Origin: Nitrosopumilus sp.
Lineage (GTDB): Archaea > Thermoproteota > Nitrososphaeria > Nitrososphaerales > Nitrosopumilaceae
Assembly (NCBI GenBank): GCA_965206745.1
Contig: OZ242220.1
Coordinates: 1,184,001 to 1,248,000 of the forward strand
Length of the DNA stretch: 64,000 bases
Reading direction: 5' to 3'
Shown here: positions 10,446 through 19,300 of the stretch, in pieces
How positions within the stretch are numbered: position 1 is the first letter of the stretch
Layout: each line of letters starts with the position of its first letter
Notes under the pieces: model-generated
What the model was told of the DNA's origin: nothing
Seen by the model: only the letters and a program-made list of their open reading frames with translations
Database searches by the model: none
Position numbers and translations under genes: made by a program

Positions 10446-11051
10446 ATGCAAACGATTTCAATTGATTATATTTTGGAATGTATGAATGATGAAAGAAATT
10501 ATTTTGGAGATTTGTGGAAAATCTGCTTGAATGATAAAAAGAGGTTTAACCAAAGCAAATTAAAAGAAATTTTGAAAAAAATGGAAGTGTTAGGCCACAT
10601 AAAAAAACACGGATACAAAGATAACGCATACTATGAAAAATATTATCATTACTCATTTGAGGAAAACATCGGATTTATCAACAATATTATTTTCACATAT
10701 GAATCTAAGATAAATTCAGCGATAAAGAGATTAGAAAACAAAAAGATATTTTTAGACATATCAAAAGATCTCAATTCATACAAATTCAGCAAATATACAA
10801 AATTAGAGTACGAGTCATTGCTGACAAACATGGCAAGCATGTTTGAGTTGGCATCGTCAATTTTATGGACTAGAGAAAACAGCCAGGATGATCAATTAAA
10901 AAAAGAGATAGCAAATTGCTTTAAACAGATCAATGAGTTCACAGAAGGAATAAATCAGAGATTACTTGAGGGCAGAAAGACACAAGAGAGAATATTATTG
11001 CAGAGGGATTTTACCAGTAAAATTCCAAAAGCAGGGCACTTAAAAATTTAA
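10446..11051 (+). CDS. Hypothetical protein with probable N-terminal winged helix
   Basis: 201-aa AT-rich ORF; SKLKEILKKMEVLGHIKK...AYY wing-like segment. Confidence 0.65.
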   Translation: MQTISIDYILECMNDERNYFGDLWKICLNDKKRFNQSKLKEILKKMEVLGHIKKHGYKDNAYYEKYYHYSFEENIGFINNIIFTYESKINSAIKRLENKKIFLDISKDLNSYKFSKYTKLEYESLLTNMASMFELASSILWTRENSQDDQLKKEIANCFKQINEFTEGINQRLLEGRKTQERILLQRDFTSKIPKAGHLKI

Positions 11052-11066
11052 AATCAGCAAGTGTCA

Positions 11067-11132
11067 CTAGGGACATTTACTAAATCCCCACCATGCTTCT
11101 CTAGGGACAGATATCAAATCCCCCACACATGC
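11067..11132. repeat. Two imperfect direct repeats (period 34 nt), each GGGA-N11-TCCC
   Basis: CTAGGGACAtttactAAATCCCCaccatgc at 11067 and CTAGGGACAgatatcAAATCCCCcacacatgc at 11101. Confidence 0.7.
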
Positions 11133-11217
11133 AATATCTTCAAACCTTGAATCTAAAAAACTACCACAAGTCATATTTCTAAATACTAAAATCAGACTAA
11201 AATCAAGCATTAGAATC

Positions 11218-11673
11218 TTGATTGAAGAAAAACTCGAATCAATGGGAGTCAGACTTCCAAATCCACCCACACCGGCAGGATCATACGTACCAGCAACACG
11301 GACGGGAAATCTGCTATTTATCTCAGGCCAAATACCAATGAAAGATGGAAAGGTAATTTTTACAGGAAAGGTTTCAGATGACAATTTAGAGATCGCACAG
11401 AAATCCGCAAGAATGTGTGCAATCAATATTATTGCCCAGATAAAGAGAGAGATGGGAAGCTTGGACAAGGTTACAAAAATCGTAAAGATCTCAGGATTTG
11501 TAAATTCCATGCCAAATTTCACGCAACATCCCAAAGTCATCAACCCAGCATCAGATCTGTTCTTTGAAGTATTTGGTGAGAAAGGAAAGCATTCTAGAGT
11601 TGCAGTAGGAGTAGCCTGCCTACCGTTAGATTCAATGACTGAGATTGACGCAGTTGTAGAGTTTTCAGAATAA
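11218..11673 (+). CDS. RidA/YjgF family protein
   Basis: PAGSYVP, ISGQIP, NPASDL, GKHSRVAVG, EIDAV motifs. Confidence 0.92.
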   Translation: MIEEKLESMGVRLPNPPTPAGSYVPATRTGNLLFISGQIPMKDGKVIFTGKVSDDNLEIAQKSARMCAINIIAQIKREMGSLDKVTKIVKISGFVNSMPNFTQHPKVINPASDLFFEVFGEKGKHSRVAVGVACLPLDSMTEIDAVVEFSE

Positions 11674-11676
11674 ACA

Positions 11677-11720
11677 ATCTGGAAAACATATGGAAAGTAT
11701 ATGGAAAGCATCTGGAAATT
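11677..11720 (+). promoter_or_regulatory. Four tandem 11-nt repeats AT(C/A)TGGAAANN directly upstream of a TATA box
   Basis: atctggaaaac / atatggaaagt / atatggaaagc / atctggaaatt, then TTTAAATA at 11723-11730 and ATG at 11752. Confidence 0.7.
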
Positions 11721-11751
11721 ATTTTAAATAGATTTTTGAGATAATACGTTC

Positions 11752-11949
11752 ATGGTACAGATGTGTCGGGGAATATGTGGACGCATAAAAACAACATCAT
11801 TTGCAAATAATTTACGATATAAGGTTGGACAGAGATGGTGTTCATTGTGTGCATTATTTTTCTTTACCGAGGGAAGTACGTGTCCGTGTTGTAGAACAAG
11901 GCTCAGAACTAAAGCTAGGGGCAAAAAACATGAATTGCCCAGAATGTAA
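11752..11949 (+). CDS. Small Cys-rich zinc-finger protein
   Basis: CRGIC...WCSLC...CPCCRTRLRTK pattern; TATA box ending 21 nt upstream suggests a leaderless transcript. Confidence 0.8.
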   Translation: MVQMCRGICGRIKTTSFANNLRYKVGQRWCSLCALFFFTEGSTCPCCRTRLRTKARGKKHELPRM

Positions 11950-12091
11950 TCATGAAAAAGGAAGATGTGATTGTCTATGTTGCTGTCCAGCTTCAAAGAT
12001 AGGTTGCGTTTATTGCATTCTGCCAGTACTAGGATATAGACAGATCAAGAGAATTTTAAGAAGAAAAAGCACAGGGAAAGTTCAAGATTAA
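11930..12091 (+). CDS. Cys-rich microprotein (53 aa)
   Basis: ATG at 11930 inside ORF-track 11801..12091: MNCPECNHEKGRCDCLCCCPASKIGCVYCILPVLGYRQIKRILRRKSTGKVQD; overlaps the upstream gene by 20 nt. Confidence 0.55.
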   Translation: MNCPECNHEKGRCDCLCCCPASKIGCVYCILPVLGYRQIKRILRRKSTGKVQD

Positions 12092-12441
12092 AAAACAAAC
12101 CATGCATCTGAGTAAAGGATTCGCATGCAGAGAAGATTTCGTTGTTTATGTCAATTATAGTCTTAATTGCATCTACATCAGTATGTGCAAAATCGACTTT
12201 AAAAGTACGTGTCCCATCTGAAGAAACCAATGCGTTAAATTCAACATGGATTCAGGCAAGATTACAGATCATCTTAATCCAAACCCAGAATTATTGGACT
12301 GATGGAGCGCCAATATTGTGCCTGAATTTAGAATCATGACATCACTCTAGCAACACATATCACATCTGTCATTATTATATCAGCAAAGTCAAGGCCCGTC
12401 ATATTACCTAGATATTAATTTGAGAATTATACAAAATAAAC

Positions 12442-12825
12442 ATGCCTAGTTTTGAAGACATAAAATCACAAAAGTACATTTCACTTGAAACTTATCGAAA
12501 AAATAATCAACCAGTCAGAACTCCAGTTTGGTTTATAGTTAAAGATGATCTGATTTATGTTGTCACCAGAGAGCAAACAGGCAAAGCAAAACGTCTTAGA
12601 AATAACTTGCAAGTGAAATTTGCAGCGTGCACAATCAAGGGCAAGATCAGGGGAGATTGGATTTCAGGTACTGCCAAAATATTATCAGGGCAGGAAATTA
12701 AAGATGCCGTGAGGATGAGGGATGAGAGGTACGGATTCATGGCGAGGATTGCAAAATTTGCCAGCAAGAGTAAGGGAGAATTTTTTGCATTTACAATATC
12801 GCAAGATCATAATACAAATCTATGA
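12442..12825 (+). CDS. PPOX-class F420-dependent oxidoreductase
   Basis: KYISLETYRKN..PVRTPVWF...TGKAKRLRNN signature. Confidence 0.88.
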   Translation: MPSFEDIKSQKYISLETYRKNNQPVRTPVWFIVKDDLIYVVTREQTGKAKRLRNNLQVKFAACTIKGKIRGDWISGTAKILSGQEIKDAVRMRDERYGFMARIAKFASKSKGEFFAFTISQDHNTNL

Positions 12826-12848
12826 GAGCCATGCGTGTAAAAGACAGA

Positions 12849-13331
12849 TTAGACCATTTTTTGTAGTCTTTGTTCTTGTCTTAACTTGTAGGCAGTCAGT
12901 CCTGCAAATCCAAAAATCATCATCAAGCCAACATATGCTAGAACTTGGCTGTGCTCTATCAAAACAGCAGATATCCCAGTCCCCACGACACTCGGGAGTA
13001 ATGATAGTGCGTAAAGCCACCATCCACAGCAACCAAGTGGGACTAGAGAAAAGAATGAGAAAAAAGAGGTGGCTGCAGTACTTCCAGTATTTCCTCCAAA
13101 TGTTTTTTTCTTCACTAAAAGTTTACATCCCAACAATTTACTTTTCTCAGATAGAAACATCTGCAACCCAATTCCTATACCAATTCCAACAATCACAATT
13201 GAATTTAGTTGAAATGCCGCATCGATGGCGGCAAGAGGTTCCAATGCAGGAGTTGTGATTACAACTACGGAAAGGTAAACTACAATGGAGACGATCCCTG
13301 CAAGAATTGCTTTTGAGATAGGCCTCATCAA
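12849..13331 (-). CDS. Multi-pass membrane protein with GCCG motif
   Basis: About four hydrophobic segments and PLGCCG; ATGA overlap with the upstream DUF3179 gene. Confidence 0.8.
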   Translation of the reverse strand: MMRPISKAILAGIVSIVVYLSVVVITTPALEPLAAIDAAFQLNSIVIVGIGIGIGLQMFLSEKSKLLGCKLLVKKKTFGGNTGSTAATSFFSFFSLVPLGCCGWWLYALSLLPSVVGTGISAVLIEHSQVLAYVGLMMIFGFAGLTAYKLRQEQRLQKMV

Positions 13332-14443
13332 TTAACACCATACACTAGAGTTTGTGGATGAAATGCAACCCATTCAAACCAAAATCCAGGCTCGATTGGC
13401 ATTCTCTGCAGTTGTTCTCCCCTATACGTACCAGAGACGGACAGTCCATCATAATTCCATTCAGATTTGGTCACAGAATCAAGGATCTTTCCATTCTCAT
13501 AAACAAAATCCAATGTTTCATCATCAACTAATCTTACAAAAGCACGAGAATTTTCAGGAAATAGTGAAACAAGCATTACAGGAGTTTGTCCTATAGAGTC
13601 ATTAACTATTACTTGAGACTCGATATCAGTCTGTCGGTAAGCTTTGTAAACATCATCTTGGTTAAAGCCGATGATTATGTCCTTTGGATGTAACCTATCA
13701 TCGTCATACTCTACGGGAAACAGGATTCGAGGTTCGGTGTAATAGTCACCATAAGGATCAGTGGCGTATGAGCGAATGTGTCCCGTATCAGTGGTCAGGA
13801 CCTCGGTATCAGGATGAAGTACCTTCCAATCACCCCAAGTAATAACATCAAACGGGATTAAATTTAGTTCGTACCCGGTTAACTCGCCCTTAACTGCAGT
13901 TCCAAGAGCTTGACTCCAGTAGGATTCAGTGTATCTATCATACATCAGCAAATTACTGTTGTATAATTTTCCAGATGTACCAAATTCTACTTCTTGACCA
14001 TCAATTACTCGCTCAAAAACTTGATTCGTATAGCAAAGCGGACAGTATGTTACAGAGACTGGGATGCCACCGACCCAATCATTGACAATTTCATGCCAAA
14101 CTAGAATAAAGATAGGATATGCCTTGGCCTCACCATTAATTTCCAACCCAATTACAGTATCAGCATCAGAGATGAAATGAGAATCTGAGACATTGGCAAA
14201 TTTAGGATTGTCAATAGATGGAATTCCATCTTTAGGCGGTCCTCCACTTTTTATTTTATCAAGTGGAATACTGTGCTTGACACCGTTTGTCTCCATAATA
14301 GTCAATTCTGAAAAAACAGATTTGGGTGAAGGGGCAGGGCCAGATGTTATGATTTTGGAGGCAGAATCACCAGAGAGAGACAAGGTCAATGCGGCAGTTA
14401 CAATACTAATTACAATGATTGGTGCAATTAACTTTAGATTCAA
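13328..14443 (-). CDS. DUF3179-family exported protein (CxxC)
   Basis: Signal anchor; GGPPKDGIPSIDNPKF, KAYP...WHEIVND, TYCPLC, FGTSGKLYNSNLLMYDR, FWFEWVAFHP. Confidence 0.9.
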   Translation of the reverse strand: MNLKLIAPIIVISIVTAALTLSLSGDSASKIITSGPAPSPKSVFSELTIMETNGVKHSIPLDKIKSGGPPKDGIPSIDNPKFANVSDSHFISDADTVIGLEINGEAKAYPIFILVWHEIVNDWVGGIPVSVTYCPLCYTNQVFERVIDGQEVEFGTSGKLYNSNLLMYDRYTESYWSQALGTAVKGELTGYELNLIPFDVITWGDWKVLHPDTEVLTTDTGHIRSYATDPYGDYYTEPRILFPVEYDDDRLHPKDIIIGFNQDDVYKAYRQTDIESQVIVNDSIGQTPVMLVSLFPENSRAFVRLVDDETLDFVYENGKILDSVTKSEWNYDGLSVSGTYRGEQLQRMPIEPGFWFEWVAFHPQTLVYGVN

Positions 14444-14748
14444 CTATGAATGGTTTTAGTCTACAAATTATTAAAAAATTCTTCCAGTTTTAGATTTTAT
14501 TTAGTCAAATCTTTTTAATGAATTTCTAAAGCATTCATCCGTAAGCATGCACAGACCCGAAAGAGAGAGGATTGCATGGCATCACCCACTAGGACATCAA
14601 CTGTAGATATATCCACAGTTTAAAGAAATTTGAACTCAGATAGAAAAAACAATTTTGGCATTCTGTCAGAAAGGCAAGTATCCAATAGCATTGGCAGGAG
14701 TTTATCAGGGGAATTTTGTTAGTTATGAGAGTACTGACTAGGTTTACG

Positions 14749-14812
14749 GGAGCAGTATTTTGGGTAATTTTACAGGAGCAGTATTTTGGGTAATTTTACA
14801 GGAGCAGTATTT
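14749..14812. repeat. Intergenic perfect tandem repeat, 26 nt x ~2.5
   Basis: ggagcagtattttgggtaattttaca at 14749 and 14775, partial copy at 14801. Confidence 0.9.
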
Positions 14813-14956
14813 CACATCAGATATGAAAAAGAATTCTCGGTTTCTCAGGCAAGACAGGAATGAGATCTTGTAATGGGAGTCGTACTTGTAATTATCATAG
14901 CAAAATCAAGAATGTCAATACCACACATGGTAAAAAGAATCTTTAGATTCTCATAG

Positions 14957-16111
14957 TTATTTTATTTTTTTATTTAACTCTGTAATGAATTGTTTTATTT
15001 TAGGTTTTGGAACAACTGCACCACATGCTTTGTCATGCCCGCCTCCAGAACCGCCAAGACTTGTTGCCAAAAGGTTTACAATTTTCCCCAGGTGAACCTT
15101 GCAGTTCTTTGAACCTCTAACTGAAACTGCATAGATTCCATGATCCACACGCTCTTTGTATGCAACACCGACGTCTTTTCCAGATAAACCCATAACAAAG
15201 TTAACTGCACCTCCGGCACCAGCATCTAGAATTTCCATATATCCAAGGTTACCCATTGTTTTCAGTCCCACCTTTACTTTGGCAATCATCTGAGAGAGCT
15301 TTTCCACTTGAATTTGGGCAAACTCAAAAGTATTTGGAATATCATGAGGGAATTTAGATTCTGCCAACTCTTCAACCAGATACTGTAAATAATCCGGTTC
15401 TTTTTGATGTCCAACAATATTGTACGTCATTACAGTCGCACTAATCAAAGCAAACTGTCTGTCATAAATTTGGAGCAATTTGGATCCGATTGGCCTATCT
15501 TCCATATAATCAGTAATAGCTGCACATGTTGCAACAAATGAGGCATGGTCGTTTAGTTTGGATTTGTATGCATTATAAACTTGAACGGTAGTGCATTCGT
15601 TGATGTCGTGAATGACCTTGACTTTGATTTTCTTCAAGGCTGTTACAACAGTAGGATCTATGTCATGATGATCAATGTAAGTAACTGAAACTTTGTTTTT
15701 TCTTAATTTTGTTAAAATATCAATAAATTCATCTTGTGTTTTTTTACTCAGACCCAGATCACAAATGAATAAAGACTTTAATTTTTCATCCAAAACAACT
15801 TGGTTCAATGCTTCCATTTGACCAGGATAATCAACGAGGATTGCGTCACCGCCGAATGCTTGACGTATAAGGGCAGCAGAACTAATGCCATCACAGTCTT
15901 CTTTATGAGAGATACAAATGGTTTTGATTCGTTTTGAGGTAGTTGTTTTTTTAGATGTTGCTTTCTTGGTTGTTTTTTTCACCGTGGTTTTCTTGGTTGT
16001 TTTTTTAGCTGTTGCTCTCTTAACTGTTTTTTTAACAGGGGTTTTCTTGGTTGTTTTTTTAGCTGTTGCTTTCTTGGTTTTAGAGGATACCAATACAGAT
16101 TCAAAAATCAC
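14957..16111 (-). CDS. DHH/DHHA1 phosphoesterase with Lys/Thr/Ala-rich N-terminal tail
   Basis: HKEDCDG, CDLG, IDHH and GGGH motifs; N-terminal KKTTKK repeats with a 31-nt duplication (15986-16016 and 16040-16070). Confidence 0.9.
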   Translation of the reverse strand: MIFESVLVSSKTKKATAKKTTKKTPVKKTVKRATAKKTTKKTTVKKTTKKATSKKTTTSKRIKTICISHKEDCDGISSAALIRQAFGGDAILVDYPGQMEALNQVVLDEKLKSLFICDLGLSKKTQDEFIDILTKLRKNKVSVTYIDHHDIDPTVVTALKKIKVKVIHDINECTTVQVYNAYKSKLNDHASFVATCAAITDYMEDRPIGSKLLQIYDRQFALISATVMTYNIVGHQKEPDYLQYLVEELAESKFPHDIPNTFEFAQIQVEKLSQMIAKVKVGLKTMGNLGYMEILDAGAGGAVNFVMGLSGKDVGVAYKERVDHGIYAVSVRGSKNCKVHLGKIVNLLATSLGGSGGGHDKACGAVVPKPKIKQFITELNKKIK

Positions 16112-16140
16112 AAACCCTCATTTAAATGAAGAATGTGAAA

Positions 16141-16356
16141 TTAAGATTTTCTAAAAGGTTTTTTGATGTTTTGGTTTATCAATGAACTTGAGTCAAGATA
16201 TACATCATATAATGACAGCCCTTCCATTTGGGTTTGGTTATCTATTGCCTGAATTTTTTTAAGTTCTTCAGATGATGCATTTAGTACCAAGTCATCTAAT
16301 TTTTTCAAATGTTCTCGATCTCTGACGTTCATTAATTTTTGATCAAAAATTCTCAT
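16141..16356 (-). CDS. Small hypothetical protein
   Basis: 71-aa helical ORF; shares a motif with the 17615 protein. Confidence 0.65.
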   Translation of the reverse strand: MRIFDQKLMNVRDREHLKKLDDLVLNASSEELKKIQAIDNQTQMEGLSLYDVYLDSSSLINQNIKKPFRKS

Positions 16357-16449
16357 TTATGACCAAAAGTTGCCATATTAGACTAATTACTAAACTTCAC
16401 AGACATGATTTTAGCGAAAATATAATAGAAGATTTTCAATAGGCTCAAT

Positions 16450-17613
16450 ATGGAGACAAAAAATATCGGTCTGCGAGGAATTGAGGTTGCAGATACCAAA
16501 ATTTCAAACATAGATGGAGAGAAAGGCAAGCTCATTTATCGCGGATTTGACATATTAGATCTTACAAAAAATTCAACATTTGAAGAGACCGCATATCTGC
16601 TACTTTATGACAATTTACCAAACAAACAGCAATTAGACGAATTCAACGCAAAGCTCATTGACGCCAGATTCATCCCCAAGCAAATGCAAAAAAATATGGC
16701 AAACTGGAGAAAGGATGCAGATCCTATGGATATGCTTCAGGCCTTTGTATCGGCATTGGCAGGGTATTATGATGAGGAATTTTCAAGCAAGGAAGCAAGT
16801 TATGATAAAGCCATAAACCTCATTGCAAAAGTTCCCACAATCGTTGCCAGTTGGCAAAGAATCAGAAACGGGTTGAAAATAGTGGATCCTGATGCGTCAC
16901 TAAGTCACGCTGCAAATTTTCTATATATGATGTCAGGAGAAAAACCAGATCCGGAAGTAGAAAAAATCTTTGATGTGTGTTTAATTCTTCATGCTGATCA
17001 TACGTTTAATGCCTCAACATTCACAGCAAGACAGGTAGCATCAACTAGAGCACACATGTATTCTGCATCAAGTGCCGCAATAGGAGCACTTAGCGGTGAA
17101 CTGCATGGAGGAGCAAATACAGAAGTCATGAAAATGCTACTAGATATTGGCAAAGGGGGGGAAACAGACGTGTGGATTAAAAAAGAGATGGACGAAGGCA
17201 AAAAAATTATGGGGATGGGACATGCAGTGTATAAAACATATGATCCGAGGGCACAAGTGCTAAAAGAGTTATCAAGAAAACTTGCTGAGAAGACTAAAGA
17301 ACCATGGTTTGAGATAACAGAAAGGGTAGAAACGGTAACCAGATCAGAAATGAAACTGCGTAAAAATAAAGAGATTTATCCAAACGTGGATTTGTACAGT
17401 GCCTCGCTATATTACATGCTAAAAATTCCATTAGACCTCAACACGCCAATCTTTGCGATTGCACGAGTTGTAGGATGGGCCGCCCACATCATTGAGGAAA
17501 AATTTGCAGAAGCTGCGCCAAAACCTGCATTATACAGACCCAAAGCAGTTTATGTCGGAAAGTATTGCGGACCAGAAGGTTGTGAATACAAAACAATGAA
17601 TTTGAGAAAATAA
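16450..17613 (+). CDS. gltA: Citrate synthase
   Basis: GLRGIEVADTKIS, LHADHTFNASTF, LHGGAN, GMGHAVYKTYDPR, PNVDLYS. Confidence 0.95.
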   Translation: METKNIGLRGIEVADTKISNIDGEKGKLIYRGFDILDLTKNSTFEETAYLLLYDNLPNKQQLDEFNAKLIDARFIPKQMQKNMANWRKDADPMDMLQAFVSALAGYYDEEFSSKEASYDKAINLIAKVPTIVASWQRIRNGLKIVDPDASLSHAANFLYMMSGEKPDPEVEKIFDVCLILHADHTFNASTFTARQVASTRAHMYSASSAAIGALSGELHGGANTEVMKMLLDIGKGGETDVWIKKEMDEGKKIMGMGHAVYKTYDPRAQVLKELSRKLAEKTKEPWFEITERVETVTRSEMKLRKNKEIYPNVDLYSASLYYMLKIPLDLNTPIFAIARVVGWAAHIIEEKFAEAAPKPALYRPKAVYVGKYCGPEGCEYKTMNLRK

Positions 17614-17614
17614 T

Positions 17615-17822
17615 TTAATTTCTCGTACTTAGCCAATCTTTAGCTTTAGAATTTACATCGTGTTTATACAACACTTCAAAAACCATATCGTAAAATGTTA
17701 TACCTTTTTTTTGTGCTTGACTATCAAGCCATTTGATTCCGTCTGCCAATTCTGGATCATGTTCGGAGAATTCTACTAACTCATCTACCATTTTTGAGAA
17801 GAAGGCGTGGGATTCAAGCATA
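17615..17822 (-). CDS. Small hypothetical protein (likely start ATG at 17822)
   Basis: MLESHAFFSKMVDELVEFSEHDPELADGIKWLDSQAQKKGITFYDMVFEVLYKHD...; the ORF-track extension to 17905 spans a probable promoter. Confidence 0.75.
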
Positions 17823-18593
17823 CGTACACATTTCAATCTATGATCATAAGTGAGGGATTCAAAATATATTAACAAAAGACCCCTTTTTGATTGACAATTA
17901 GACATTGTTTTTTATTCAGATGGAAATAGAAAGAGAATTTCACAGATAATTCAGACAAATAATACGAATTGTTAATCAAAGCAGGGAACATGTAAAAATT
18001 TACAAGGATAAAATTCCAAATCTGCAATTAAAATATGTTACACTGCGCATAGGATCATTTTGCAGAATCAAGATTTTCAAAATTTAAAATGAAGAATTGT
18101 GTTAAAATAAAACTAGTTGAAAACAGACATTTGATCAGTTGATCACAAATATAAAAAACAGGTGAATTAATTCAAAATCGAATTAGATTTATCAATTAAT
18201 TTAACACAAAAAAATTGAAAATGAAATTTAGGTTAATTTTATAGAGAGACATCTTAACAAACAACATGTTTGATGTAAAAAAGATCAAGTGCAAGAAAAA
18301 AGTCGATGGGATCTCACTTGTAGTTTGTAATGATACAGATTACCTGACAGGTAATGGAATGATTCAATTTCATTTACAGCACTTTATGCTCAAATAGAGT
18401 CATCTTGTGAGATTTTCAGAAAGATATAAAATTTGAAAATATTTCAAAAATTGCAAGATGAACATGGCTCAAAATAAGACATTCCATATTTTTAAAAATA
18501 TGATAAACAATTCAAAAAATTATGAAATTTTAGGAATAAACAGAAATAGTAAGGATTAGATTTATTTACTATACATTATGTCATGAATCAATT

Positions 18594-19283
18594 ATGGCAA
18601 GTATAGACAAAGCAGCTATAGTATTCTCAATTGCAATCGCACTAGTGGGTGTCGGTATTGCAGTTGCAGGAAATGCTGCAGACAATACTTCGTACACGAC
18701 TCCAATAAAGGCTGTAGAGAGTATTCCATCAGATGTGGTTTCAGCAGATCCAATAGATGCTGTAGAGCCAGAACAATTTGGTGCAGATATTGCAAACAAA
18801 GTAAAATCTGAGGACAGTATGATGGCCGAAAAAGCTGTACAAGTAGAAATAGAGATTTCAACAGATGAAAAGGAATCAGATGTAGAAATAGAGATTTCAA
18901 CAGATGAAAAGGAATCAGATGTAGAAATAGAGATTTCAACAGATGAAAAGGAATCAGATGTAGAAATAGAGATTTCAGTCGAAGTAACACACATTGTGGA
19001 TATCCCAGCAGGAACTTCAGTTCCAGGATGTGAAGTAGACAATGCATGTTTTGAACCAGCAGACATCACAGTGAATGTGGGAGACACAGTTGAATGGCTT
19101 AATGTCGACACAGCAGCTCATACGGTAACTAGCGGTAATCTAGCTGATGGCGTATCAGACATATTTGATAGCGGTCTAATTATAGCAGATGCATCTTTTC
19201 TAGCTACCTTCGATGATGTAGGCAGTTATGATTACTTCTGTGTGGTTCATCCTTGGATGGCCGGTAGTGTTACAGTGAAATAA
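18594..19283 (+). CDS. Membrane-anchored blue (type 1) copper protein, plastocyanin/azurin family
   Basis: N-terminal hydrophobic anchor; AAHTVTSG and YDYFCVVHPWM copper ligands (His, Cys, His, Met). Confidence 0.93.
   Translation: MASIDKAAIVFSIAIALVGVGIAVAGNAADNTSYTTPIKAVESIPSDVVSADPIDAVEPEQFGADIANKVKSEDSMMAEKAVQVEIEISTDEKESDVEIEISTDEKESDVEIEISTDEKESDVEIEISVEVTHIVDIPAGTSVPGCEVDNACFEPADITVNVGDTVEWLNVDTAAHTVTSGNLADGVSDIFDSGLIIADASFLATFDDVGSYDYFCVVHPWMAGSVTVK
18843..18977 (+). repeat. In-frame perfect tandem repeat, 39 nt x ~3.5 (VEIEISTDEKESD)
   Basis: gtagaaatagagatttcaacagatgaaaaggaatcagat at 18843, 18882 and 18921; partial copy at 18960. Confidence 0.95.
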
Positions 19284-19300
19284 CCAAAACTTTTCTTTTT

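Noticed and set aside
14030-14050. Selenocysteine in the DUF3179 protein
   Set aside because: CPLC is encoded by TGT and TGC; there is no in-frame TGA.
17906-18593. Replication origin in the long AT-rich gap
   Set aside because: No recognisable ORB repeats and no adjacent cdc6/orc1 gene.
18581-19111. Long antisense ORFs (also 11067-11711, 40509-41336, 31870-32343 and others)
   Set aside because: Reverse-frame shadows of well-supported genes, with no motifs of their own.
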